The translations under genes and the position numbers were made by a program. Shown here piece after piece: positions 26,801 to 40,500 of a stretch of 64,000 nt of DNA (within the stretch, counting starts at the first letter, position 1; each line of letters begins with the position of its first letter). Source of the stretch: Trichinella spiralis (Eukaryota); the NCBI RefSeq assembly GCF_000181795.1, contig NW_003526945.1, forward strand, positions 4,911,282 through 4,975,281. Direction: 5' to 3'. Below the pieces are notes generated by a model. That model was given only the letters and a program-made list of their open reading frames with translations. It was not told where the DNA came from and made no database searches.

Positions 26801-29800
26801 TGATTATTTGATGATCGTGAACAATATTATGCATAATATTTTTATTAATATGATGAACAAAAGCTATTTGGAAAAGAAATGATGATATGATTGAAATATT
26901 TCAATTTTCTGCAGCTTAAAGCTGTCATGATGTACTTCAGTCTGCGCTAATGTTGTTCATTTTTAATAAATGTAGTTGAACTTCGACCCTGTTTTGCTGA
27001 GCTTTTTAATTGCTAGCTGACAACAATTTATGAAATTGATTTATTTTTCAAATTTCAACATCGCTGATAGCATTTTATCAATTTACCACTTGCACGTGTT
27101 TGCTGATATTATCAGCTAATTGCGTTGCATTTGTCGAATTATTTTCTCAAAACAAATCAAATAGAGCTAATTTGAAACAAAATGTAAATTATGAACAATA
27201 AAAATAAATTGAAAAATAATAAAATTGATTATACGCCATTTGGATAAATATCACAGAAGAAGTTCAGGAAAAAAGTGGAAAGATAAGAGTCAAAATTTTC
27301 CACTTTCACTTTTCGTGTCAAAATTATTAAAGTAAATTTTACTGAAGTGTTCAAAATCTATAAAATTGTCAAAGAATAATGCAATTATGAAAACAACGTG
27401 CACGAATTGATGAATGCAAGAAGAGTTTGGATCAGCCAGATTTAAAAAAATAAAGAAAAAATAAAATTTAATAACAAAAACTGACAAATTATTGATCCTC
27501 GAAAAGATTGCTCAACAAAAAAAATCTACATCTTTATATACGTATATGTCAGATCACTAGTGGTGCATTCTGTAAGTTTAAAATTACTCTGTACTGTAAT
27601 TCAAAACGAGACGCAAAACATTTCAATTATTTTCCATTAAATTTTGCCTTAATCAGTTGAATTGTAAGTGAATATGTTTTCATTTTTAAATAAATAACTT
27701 CGTCTTCTTCTTCTTCAACCATAATTTCATAACTGTTTTGAAATTTGCATCATTCAAACTGACGTTTTCACCGTGGAAAAAATATAGCTATAATTAAATT
27801 AAAAAATAAAAATATAATTGTTCTCTTTTTTCATACAGTTTCTAAAAAAATTATTGTAATTTTTGAAATGTTCTGTTTTTGATAATTTTAATTTTTGAAA
27901 ATTAAAATTTTCATGTTGCCTACATTTCTTAATAATTTGGGTAATTTTTGAAAATTTGACACGTCGAAATAAAAGAACGAAAAACCGGTTTACAGTACGC
28001 CGTTCAATTTTGACGACCAGACGACCAACGTTCTCCTTTGTTCCAGTAACAGTACATGTTTTACTTATTATTATTACGTAAGTTGTTTTTTTTAATTAAT
28101 ATTAAAAAAAATTTTTGAAAATATATTTTCAATTGTAATATGGTGGATAATTTTGGATAAACAGTTGCACTTGTTCGAATGTATTTCTGTCACAATTTTG
28201 ATGTAGGATGTTTTGGGACTTGGAAAATTTGAATGTTGAAAATTTGAAAAGCTTAGCTGTCGGGTCGAAGTTGACGTTGAGCATTCAGCGCCTGTTGTCT
28301 CGCGCATTACACTTGACGTGACGCGTGACGATCAAGTATCATGAGAATAGAAGCGCTTGTGATGCTTTTGCGGTCGTTGGCAGCCTCAGTGCGCTTTATA
28401 TGCGCCTTTGGCTTCGTGCTGTGCTTGCATTCCAAATTGACTCGCAATATTCTTGGCTTTCGGTTTAACAATTTTATCATTCAACGTTTTCCCTTCACTC
28501 GCATCTCTCGACCCGTTTGCTTCTCCTTTTTGTCATATTTGGTACTTTCTTTATACAAATTTTCAATTTGCCTGAATATTCAAATTATCATCACCGAACG
28601 AGTGAGATGATTTGAAATCAAGTCTCCGTCTGATTGGTCAAAACGGTTTGTTTCAAATTTGAAACGGGACGAGACATTGAAGAAAAAAGACGCTTGCCTG
28701 TCTGCGGTTATCTGTTCGCGCGTTGTCGGATATTTGAATTTCACTTTAATAATTTGTTCATTTTATAGAGCTTTTTGTGCTGTTCAAGTTCCAAACGCAA
28801 CAACTGCCAGTTGAAGATGTTCGCCACACTTCGTGCCGTCGATTCGTCGTTTTGAAACGACGATAGGTATGAAATTTGAATTTTATTTTTTAATTTTCAC
28901 CAAATCAAACTGAATCATCACTTGAACATTTTTCTTTTCTCCTATTGAAAATGTTGTTAACGTTCATGTTATTATTGACGGGATCAAAAAATACACGCAT
29001 GTTGCTTGATGAAGAATAATGGCACTGCTGCTGTTTCACCGCAGTCATTTCATTCTCGAGGTGGTGCTTTTCCTGGTTCCGCGGTTCGTTTTTAGTGTTA
29101 ATTTTTTTTAAAAATTCTTTTCAATTTCCTCTTAATGAATATGATTCATTTGCACCATTTTCCCATATTTGCAACGAACAACACGCGGCTGTCTCGTATG
29201 CTATATATCGGCTGCTTTCATGTTTCGCTGAAGCAGGTGACGTGGACCAGTTGATTTGGAAATTTATTTCACGCTCGTATGCTTTTTTCGTTGAGAATTA
29301 ACAAATTTTTTACTTCAAAAGGCGAATGTGAAAATTTATGGAAAAATCTTCCCTTTGATCACTTTTGAAATCAACGAATCATTTCATCCCGATCAAATGA
29401 CCACCATATTTATATTTTCAAATTTGAAATTAAAACTTCCTTCATCTGTTGTCACATTATTATTATTATGGAATCAATTTCAATTGAATTTTTGATTGAG
29501 TACGTGTTGGAGAAGAACACAACAAATCAACATTGATTATTTTTACCCTACAGTGTGCCTTTTTTATTGGTTTTGCAAATAATTCAGTTAATTTTTCTAA
29601 TGCTTCAAAAAATCTTTTCTTCTGAATTTTGAAGCTTGGTTATTTTGTTAAAATTCTATTTTCCAGAACAAAACAAAATACAACATGTTCATTTTTGAGT
29701 TTTCCAAAACGTTACTCTTCGTGGAGAGCATTATTATAATATACGTATGTATATTTTTTGCTGGAATTTACGCGTTATGCTCATTTTAATATGTCACCGC

Positions 29801-32800
29801 TAAAGCAAATGCAACTTGCAGTGGAGAATGTCGGTTAGTGTTGTTTAGTCAGCATGTGTTTCAAAAGTCAACCCGACAAGTTTTGCAGATTGCTCCAAAT
29901 TGCTAGCCGCAACATCTATCTATATGTACATCATCGGTGCAGTTGGCCAACAAACGCTGTTCTAGTGGAAAACGGGTGAAGCTGCTTGGCCGGCCAAGCT
30001 TCGTATCATTTTAATATGCCAAATGATAAATATTTTGTTTTGGTCATAAAATTAATTAGTCAACTCCACTATGTGGAACAATTAATTTTCGCAAAAGATA
30101 TTTGTAATTTTCTTCAACTGCTTGACGTGCTTCTTCTGCTTTGTTCGGAGTGTTTGTTCATTTTTCATTTCGCTGCTCAACTGCAAAAATGCTTCTCTTG
30201 AGCTTTTTTGTCGTTGTCATTAATTTTGGAGGAAAAATATTTTTCTTTTTGTTATCAATTCAGAAAAACCAATTATTCTTATTTTTTTTCTTTTTTGAAA
30301 TGTTTCATTCTCGGCATACAACATTTCCCGTATTTTCAAGTTGAAGAAGCTATATTGAAAAATTTTTTTTTCTTTTAGTCTTTTGCATGTTTGTTTAATA
30401 ATACAATCAGTTTAATAAGGAAAGAAAATTATAATTATTTGTTGTTGTTGTTTATCATTCTCTTTTTGTGGATTTGCTTTCCAATGCTAATGTGCTGCTA
30501 ATCAGCTAATTAGCGATTTGATCAACTTTTACTCTTCTTACAGAAGCGTTAAATTTCTTGTCCGAATTTTGTTCAACTGGTTCTATATTTCAACCAGATA
30601 ACCAACCAACATTTAAGACAATCAGCGGACAATGACTGCTTGAAATAGTGCTTTGCACATAATCGTGGAAATTGCATTTTTGATGTTCAGGTTGTTTGGC
30701 TGAATGTTGCCGACTGATAAAATGCAATGCTCACTGCTTCGTTTCAACTTACGTCAGTCACTGCTAGTAGACGATGAATTTTGGTGAAATTGCTTCTACT
30801 ATTATTTATTGAGGGAGATATTGAGATGATGATCACTTTGTTTTTTTTAAATCCAACGAACGGATGCGTGTAAGCAACGATGACAATAATGACAATACCA
30901 GTAGTTGGTGTATTATTTATTATTCATTGTTCAGATTTGATGCAAGTTGCAATTAGCTAACGTTCGATGTGTTGCAATATTGATTTATTTACTGTTTAAA
31001 TTTTTATTGTTTTTTACAAATTATTTCAATTTTTATAGGCCTATCATTTACTGCTGCAAGAACTGTTCTACTGTAGGTGGTGGTGGTGGTGGTGGTCTGT
31101 TGACTCGCCGTTTCGTATAATTTGATGATCTTGAAACAGCAGCTCATGCGAGATGCTCTAACATTGCGAACGGTGACGCCATACCACAGAATCCTTGTTG
31201 ACCTGTGTGGGTCGACTGTTGCACCAGAATCTTGCCCAGGCCACGCTTGCATCTCAAGTGCTGTTTGCGCTTTCTGTTTGGTCTGCTAAGATTTTCTCTG
31301 TATACCGGCATAGCTCGAACACTTTGAAGAACGAGTGGAGAAAATTGTTCACTCACAGCATTGCTGCCCCTAATCATCAGTGCCGGATAAAAATACCACC
31401 GTATCTTCTCCATTCACTCACTCACATCTGATCGCCAGGTAAGCAAAATTTCTCTTTTGATTGATTGATCATACATACAACAAATCTTTAAATCAATGTA
31501 ACACAACAACAATAACAACAAAAAATAACTTTTTCCTTCTATTGCAAATTTCTTCTATTATCTTTCAGTTTTCTATCATTGCAAAACAATTCAACTGGGA
31601 AAAAAGAAATATATTTATGCAAACTAGTGTTGCTTTAAAGTATCATTAAATTAAATTGGATTAAATTAAAGGAAAATTTCTTGGACATTAGAGCAGATTT
31701 AAGACTAAGTTCAGCTATTCTTTTCAGTTATCATTAATTTTATCTGGAAGAAACGGTACCTATAGTATTGGCAGTTGGTGTTAAATTGTGAAGCTGGTGA
31801 ATGAATGTTTGACAAATAACAAAAAGTATAAACAACATGCTTTGTCAGATATTTTGTCAGAATTTTGCATTTTTGAGCAGAGGAGGAATAAAATTCAAAA
31901 AATTGTTCAAAATCTGCTTGGTAAATTGTAGGAAATGCACAACAAACACGTGACAGATCAGCTGTTTTATTTTTTAAACTCATAGGAGAAAAAGGTAGAA
32001 TTTTCGAAAAAAATTTTTTTTCTTTTCACTTTCCACAATACATTTGAAAAATATATTTTTTGTGAATATTCATTGCGTCATATTTATTGCTGCTCTCCAA
32101 TTTTCAGTAGTCTGTTTCGATCAGCTTCATCTTTGCATTTGGATATTTTCCAAGTGATGTTTTTTCTACCGAATTTGATATTTTTTTTCTTCAAACTTTT
32201 CCTCTCTACGCATATTTTAAAATGATGCACATTGCGTGCGTTGCAATTTTAGAAAAACAGTCTCTCCTTCATATATATATTGTGTGCATAAAATGAAATT
32301 CATTTAAATATTTCCCCACAAAAAAAGAATAATCTCTACAGTCTCTGGACGTGGCACAAAATATTGGTTTGTTAAGCAGATTTTGCGGGTTTCTCTTTTG
32401 ATTAGCTAATTTGTCGTGAAGTTGAATAATTAATTTTTCCTCTCCGTTCTCTGGTGAACGATTTTTTCCCAATCAACAATATGTCAGCTTTTTTGACAAA
32501 TTAACCAAAGCAGTGAAAGCTTCTTTTCCGCCAGAAAATTGCTCGACATTTTCACTCCGTCTGCGTCAACTGATGCTAATTTTCCAGACTTGCGTGTGCC
32601 AGCCATAATTGAATAATGCGCATTTCGCGCCTTCTGACAAATTTACGCTCTTGCGCATCGTTTCCCTCCCCCCCCTTTCCCCCATTGTTGTTTTTCCTCC
32701 ATTACTGCGTCTTTGGTTTTCAGCTGTTTTACAATTAATAATTCATCATCATCATCATTATCATCATGTTGCAAATTTTATCTCTGCATGCGTGGGAATT

Positions 32801-35406
32801 CATGAATATTTTCACTTCACACGTTGGTTGGTTTGTTTTTCTGAAAAAAAAACTTTAAAAATGCAAATTTCCACCGTCACTTCCAGGTCCGTAATTCGGA
32901 GCAAGTGTGAAATGAACGTGCAAATAATTGAGCCATTAAACGAATCTAATTTCTTGTCATAAATATTTCAATGATTCATAAAGCAATCATGCCAACTTTT
33001 ATCTTTCATTTGCTAATTTTGTCGTTGGAAATTTAGGAAATTTCTGATTCCAATTTTTGATAAGCCAACTGGATCGTTTAAAAGAGGAAACAATTTTTCA
33101 ACAACATTGTTAATTTAAAGTGGAAAGCAATTCATATTGTCACCTGACTATATAGTTATGCACATATATTGTTGTGTATAGTGAATTATTATTTTGTGAA
33201 TTTTTGAAACTTTATCATTTTTGCTTAACAACTGCCATTAAATGGCTTTTATTATTTATTAATTTATTTATAAACATTTCAAAATTTCTGAATGAGACAT
33301 TTTTTCGGTCCACTTAGTCATAATTAGTCGTTATTATAATAATATAGTCAAGGTCACATCAAGATTATCTTCTTCTTCTCTAAATTGAATATTCTTTGGA
33401 AGCTGATTAATTAAGCGATTGTTCATCTTCTTAAACTTGTACTTTTGCATTTGATTTTAAAATGCTTATTCATGATAAACAAGAATGAGAGACGTTTTCA
33501 TTTCGTAAGATTGCATTTCACGTGTTCACTTGTTTCTGTACATTTTCACACATTCAGCTGTGAATTTATTTTCTGTTTCATAGTTCCTTAGATTCATGTC
33601 ACACAGTTTGTTTTGCTAATTGAACAACTTTGGATTAATTATTGTTCAATTATTAATCGGATAAAATATATATATGTCGAATTACAATGAAGAAAAATGA
33701 ATGGGGATTATTTGATTGTGGCTCAAGGCCACACCTGTAGTATTGCATGGGTTCTGGTTTTTGGAGTTTGTCATTTTGTTTGACAGTGCGATTTTTGGTA
33801 TTATTTGATGGTGATGGTGATGGTGATAATGTCACTGGTGTGCAGAAAGCTTGTTCAACTTTAGAATCATTTCCACAATTGTAACCGATTGACATCGCGC
33901 AACTGCAACTACTACGTATGCATGGCGACCTACGTCGTGGTTGACATTTCAAAGTATGCACTGTTTTTGTCACGCTAACCCGTTATTCACAATTGACCAA
34001 CAATATGCAATGCAACACGACAACAACATACACTTTGCTTCCTGTTCACCACTATGATCCCGGTTTGAAACTTTGAAATTTTACTTTTTATTCATTCTCA
34101 ATCACACTTTCATTGATATATATTTTTTTTCCATTTTGCTTCCATTTGCAATTTCTCAATCCACTGCTAGCTATTATTGTGCTTTTTGTTTGAACAATGA
34201 TAATATATGTCTGTATCATTGCATCGTTTGGATATTGATCATTTGTCCAACCTTCAGAGATCAGATAATGGGCAAAAGGACGAATTAAACAACAACTGTT
34301 GTAAGGATTATATACTTTGACAAATAATTATTCTGCAACATTCTAGTCTATGGCTTACACGAGATGATACGTAGTAAATTGATTTGTATCCGTAGGAATT
34401 TTAAAATTATTCACACAAAAAAATAATAATTACATAATCTAATTTTTGCTATATGCAAATATGGTATCTCATATAATGCAGATATTGTATAGATAGATGG
34501 ATAGATGCAACTGTTTGATACTTTTTGAAATATATTTATTATGGTAGGTAGTTGTTTGAATAAGTGAATTTTTTTGGATGTAAAATTTTTATCTGATTTT
34601 GTGAAAGTGCAATAATATTGTTGTTGTTGTTGTTGTATATTGCTTAGAAAGGAAAAATTGTTTTTTCAACTGATTGCTCTTTTTGATAAAGCAACTTTGA
34701 AATGATGGAACAATGGTAATGCATGGTGAAACCTGTTCGTTTTGATTAAACGTTGCGCATTCCAGGGCATTGAGACTAATTTAGCAGCTATGGAAATGCA
34801 ATCAGACTAGACAGCGCCACTTCAAGGATGCATCTTCGCCAATACAGAGAGAGAGCGATGTTTGACATTACGCAATTTTCAAATGTAAAAAACTGCACTC
34901 CAAACCCTCTACAATTTATAATTATTTTTCTACTCACTTTAAAATTTTGAACACAGTATTCTGTGACCAACATTAAACTGAAATGTACTACAATATAAAA
35001 GTTCCTAGAAATGAGCATATTGATTTAGCATTATTCATATAATCCGTCATTTGTAAAGAAAATTTGCCCAAATTTGCAAATTTCCTTTTTCACATCTGAA
35101 AAACTTGTCCATGGTTTAAATCAAAATGTTCGTTTTAATTGGAGCAAATCTAATTTATATTCATACATTTTTCCCTGAAATTCTTGAGATAAGCTGTTTT
35201 TTGAGATTATATCATTTCTGAACTAATTTTTCGGTCTTTTTCCAGATATACTCTGGAGAACGCTGCTATACTGTATGCTGCCCACTTAACAGTATATGCT
35301 TAATGAACACACTTAAACAACTTGTGTAAGAGGATGCATGGAAGCAATGCTAAAATCAATTATTTGGAAGAATTTGCTCAGAAAATAATAGTTCTCTTCC
35401 AAACAG

Positions 35407-35416
35407 NNNNNNNNNN
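35407..35416. other. Assembly gap (N run)
   Basis: 10 Ns. Confidence 1.
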
Positions 35417-35539
35417 CACACACGCCGACAACAACAACAGTAGAAGGATGAAAGAATAGGTGCCACCCCCAACCTCCTCAAATCTCGCCCATTTTTGCAG
35501 TGAAAAAGTGAGCAGTGGTCAACGAGTCAATAATGTTGC

Positions 35540-35542
<3 letters not shown>

Positions 35543-35597
<55 letters not shown>
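35543..35597. repeat. (TA)n microsatellite
   Basis: About 27 TA units. Confidence 0.95.
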
Positions 35598-35599
<2 letters not shown>

Positions 35600-35817
35600 T
35601 TTTTCATTTATGCTCATTTCTAGGAACTTTTATATTTATATATATATAAGCTTTATATTTATATATATATTTATATTTATTATATTTATATATATATAAG
35701 CTTTTATTTAAAAGAAATGCACCAATATTCGACGAATTTTTGGTTGCTAGATAATTTTGCACTTCTCGGACACGTTTATTAAATTTAAGCAGCAGCAATT
35801 TTGTTTTGTAACATTTA

Positions 35818-37539
35818 ACAGTTTTCTTCTTTTTTTCTCCATTTCCATCGCTTGCGTAAGCAGTGGACAACAGTGTGAGAAAAAATTTCCCACAGACTTT
35901 AGTTGATTTGAAAAATTATCATTTGAATTTAACATATATAAAATAAATCATCACATTATCAATGAAATGGTTTATTTCAGTAAAATATTTTATCAATTAA
36001 ATATATTTATGTATAATTCAGCATCTTTTTTTGGAAAAGGCAAATGTTTCTTGTAACACTAATTTCATTCATTTGTATACATCATTAATTAATTTGTCAA
36101 ATATCCTACAGTATCTTTCTTGGAGTCAATATTACGGTGGCGGAGATCGCTATCGTCCACTGTTGCATTCCTATCTTATCCATTTTCACTTCAGGCATAT
36201 TGAAATCATCGCGTCTTTCCATTATCTATAAATTTAATATGACGTGGTTGATTTTCATAAAGTCAAATCAATGCTTGACAGTTCAACTGGCCTTGTTTGA
36301 TTAGGAAGGCCAGAACACACCTAATTCCAGTGTTAGCTGCTCATCATTGACTTTTCTCTTTCTTAATTTACAACACTGATGCTTTGTTTAGCAAATGGGG
36401 AAGTGGGGAAAAAAAAGTTTTTTTTCGCACTGTGGGAGGCATTGTTTATCTTTTCTATTAATTGTTATGTTTAAAATAAAGCATTTTTTAGATTAACTGC
36501 GATGAGCACTGACGTGACTGGCGTCATCGTTGCCGATCAGCTCTGATGCACTAGGAAGTGATTCAGCTGTGAACCAGCTAGCGAATACAGTGCCATTAGC
36601 AGCAGCATGGATACATCAGCTGGGAGATATGGATTCAGAANNNNNNNNNNCTTTTCGCACCCGTTTCAGCAATTTAGCAGCTGCGGATTCATTTTGTACA
36701 TTTTACAGTTTTCTTCTTTTTTTCTCCATTTCCATCGCTTGCGTAAGCAGTGGACAACAGTGTGAGAAAAAATTTCCCACAGACTTTAGTTGATTTGAAA
36801 AATTATCATTTGAATTTAACATATATAAAATAAATCATCACATTATCAATGAAATGGTTTATTTCAGTAAAATATTTTATCAATTAAATATATTTATGTA
36901 TAATTCAGCATCTTTTTTTGGAAAAGGCAAATGTTTCTTGTAACACTAATTTCATTCATTTGTATACATCATTAATTAATTTGTCAAATATCCTACAGTA
37001 TCTTTCTTGGAGTCAATATTACGGTGGCGGAGATCGCTATCGTCCACTGTTGCATTCCTATCTTATCCATTTTCACTTCAGGCATATTGAAATCATCGCG
37101 TCTTTCCATTATCTATAAATTTAATATGACGTGGTTGATTTTCATAAAGTCAAATCAATGCTTGACAGTTCAACTGGCCTTGTTTGATTAGGAAGGCCAG
37201 AACACACCTAATTCCAGTGTTAGCTGCTCATCATTGACTTTTCTCTTTCTTAATTTACAACACTGATGCTTTGTTTAGCAAATGGGGAAGTGGGGAAAAA
37301 AAAGTTTTTTTTTAACTTGAAAATTTTGATTAGCGCACTGGAAAAAACTGAAAAAATATATTCATATAGTTTATTGTTTTAAAATAAAGCATTTTTTAGA
37401 ATTAACTGCGATGAGCACTGAACGTGAACTGGCGTCATCGTTGCCGATCAGCTCTGAAGCACTAGGAAGTGATCCAGCTAGTGAATACAGTGCCATTAGC
37501 AGCAGCATGGATACATCAGCTGGAGATATGGATTCAGAA
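35818..37539 (+). repeat. Direct duplication of about 0.8 kb across the gap at 36641-36650, probably an assembly artefact
   Basis: About 35818-36425 is essentially identical to about 36705-37312 (identical ORFs at 36031 and 36918). The first copy then degrades with indels through the RhoGAP first coding exon and ends at the gap. Confidence 0.85.
36641..36650. other. Assembly gap (N run)
   Basis: 10 Ns. Confidence 1.
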
Positions 37540-40500
37540 CTAATGGACAGCTTGGTGCGCGATGTCCGAAGACTTTCTGAAACACTGACTGAATTAGGGA
37601 TAGCCCTAGAACAGCCAACTGGATTATGTGCAGAAGATTCAGCAACTGATGCTGACAATAACAGCAAAGAAGGTAATTGAACTTACTGTTTCAAAGTGAT
37701 ATATGTTTCTTCAGTTGAAAAAAGGAATATGATCAAAAGCTTTGTATTTCAATTTGCATGCTTTCACAAAACGGCCAGATTACCAAAATTTCTGCTCTAA
37801 ATGTGCATATCCGGGTCAAGTAGAGTTTACTTCATGATTATGCGCTTAATAATCTAAAGTCATTTACAAAATGTCATCCACTTGAAAAGTAATTCCAATA
37901 TATAGGCTGCTTGTTTAAAGATAATTTTTCATTAGAAAAAGTGATGTTTCATAATAGCCGGAAAATATGGACCACAATCATAAGGTTAACTGTGTCTTTA
38001 GATAATGTTTCATTAATCAGTTGTAATTATTATTATTATTTAAATATTCTACATATACTCTTCTTATTGCTTATAATTTATAAAATCAACGTTGTAAATT
38101 AAATTAAATTTCTTCAGCAATAAGTAAAGAATTGTTAATTCACACATTAAAAAAATTTTTAAATATTTTATTATGCAAAGTTCAGCGTGCGTTATAGAAT
38201 TCACGAAAATATATTCATAAAATAAATATACAAATTGAACAGTGTGACTAGGTTTCTTTAAAATTTGTGCCAAATACCGATTGATTCAGTTCAAGAAATG
38301 CTCATAAAGCATCATTTACATCAGTGGTCAGTGTATAGCATCTGGGCTATTCCCACAGTAAACATTTTTTTGAAATGAAATTTTTTTATATGTGAAAGTT
38401 GGAAAAAGCATGTTCATTTTTTCTGGAAAAGCAATGCGAATTTTGTAAGATAGCGCTCCGTGTGTTACGATGAATGAATGACAATTACACACAGTATGAA
38501 TTTTGTAATGTGTTGTTTTATTCAATTCTCGAAAAATGAATGATCTTTTTTTCACTTACAGTTATTTTTGATAATCAGGTAAATTTGGAGATTTGTTTTT
38601 AAAACTTCAATTGTAATCATCAAAAATTAAATCATTAATCACAAAGCAGTAGATTATTATTATTATTAATTTTTTTATATCTGACTCATGTTTTTAAAAG
38701 GGAAATTTTAGTAGTTTTTTTTTGAAATAATATCTACTACAGCAGGGATAATTTTGGCTTATTTTTCAATTTTAAATTTACCCTGATCATTTTGACGGAA
38801 AATGATTCCGCTCATGAATATAAATAGAAATAGGTGCAGTCGGACTTCTTAGTAAACTATTTTTTTGCTGCTTTTGTTCCACCAAATGGGAACCTGTTTC
38901 TCTTTGATAGCAAATAAAATGGAATTTATTAGTGACTTGAATGATCGCGCTCAGAAATTGGGACGTCCATTCACTGTGCAGACATCTTCACAGTAAGCTT
39001 CTAAGGACTGCAAAGTGGAAATTTGTACATGCTTGATTGGTGAAAGCATGTACAAATTTTTTCCCATTGTACTAAAATTCATTCATAAATGAAACACAGG
39101 TGCTGTTATGCATCTTTTGTATTTGTCAAGAGTGCTTGCAAACAGCACGACGTAATTTTTTTAAAATTATATTCAAATTTTAAAAATTGATACTCTCAAT
39201 TTGTTTTTCTTTTGAAGATTCACAAATATTATTAAAATGACGGTGAGTAATGTTGAAATAAATTTTCATATTATTCCAACAATTGGGAGAAGTGAATGAA
39301 ATTTTCATTTTCATTTTCAATTTTACGAAAAATAATTGCACATAGTGTGGGCATGTACGAAATGTTTTACTTGAACAGTCTCTGCATCATAGCATTTCTT
39401 TGAAATCATTGATTTTCGTGTTGTTGGTTTTTCTTGTAAGCGGATGATCATTTCAAAGTCTGGCATGCATAAATAGCACTTGTTAATTTCAGTCGACATG
39501 CGGAAGTATTAATTGTACATTCATCAGGGGGAAGGACATGTGTTTAAAACTTGGTGGTGCTATATAGACTTGACATTGTGTTTGGATTTTCAACTATATC
39601 ATGCTTTCCTTTCAACATTCCGTCATTTAAAATATGCGGCTTAAATTGATTAGAACATCATTGTCACGTGTGTATTAATCTTTCGGTTTGACATGTAAAA
39701 TTGTCCATTTATTTTTTTGGCAGATTTCAACGCTGACAGATTTGCATTAAATGAGTGCAATTTTAAGCTGTAATAATAGTAATAATAATAATTTGTAATA
39801 TATATATATATATTTCTGTTTCAGAGAAATATCAAGAATTAATAATAACACAGTAATGTTTGTTATCTTCTTTAGATGAAAATATCTTTCATTTCAGAAT
39901 AGTATTATTTGAATTGATATTTGGATAATTTTTATGTATTTAAATTTGCCTAATTAAAAAAATTTGTTATCAACCATTGTTTATATTTCAGTTGTTCAGT
40001 TAATGGAATAGTCTTAGCAAAATTGGTTATAATTTGTTCAGCTTAACAGAATTTTTTTGATGCTTGTTTGTGTGAATTGATTTTTCTCTTTAGTGCTAGT
40101 GCAAGTTTAGGGTTGGTTACTTTTCTTCTCTTTTTCTCAATTTAAGCAAAACTGAAAAATCTGAAACGCTTTTTCAAAGACCACCATTGGATATGAGAGC
40201 GGTTATTCTTATATGATTATTCTTTATGTTTGAAAATTATAAAATCAACATCAGACGCAACAATTATCCTTTAAGTTATAGTAGAAGTATTTTCTCTTTA
40301 TTATTTCTTTCCTTGAACTGCGAAATTAAAATTTTACGATATTGCAGTGTAAAAGTAAAATTACACTTGCAAAATTAGCGACTGTTCGTTCACAAACCAG
40401 AACGTCATTTGCGGCTGCATTTGCGTTTTTATCATTCACCAGCAAACTGTGCGTTGTCTGGTTTTGTTTTTTTTATTTTTATTTTTATATCCAACAAAGC

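Noticed and set aside
36490..36640. Frameshifted copy of the RhoGAP first coding exon (possible pseudo-exon)
   Set aside because: It follows about 600 bp of identical sequence, degrades right after an A/T homopolymer and ends at an N gap. This is typical of a low-quality read end, not a real duplicate.
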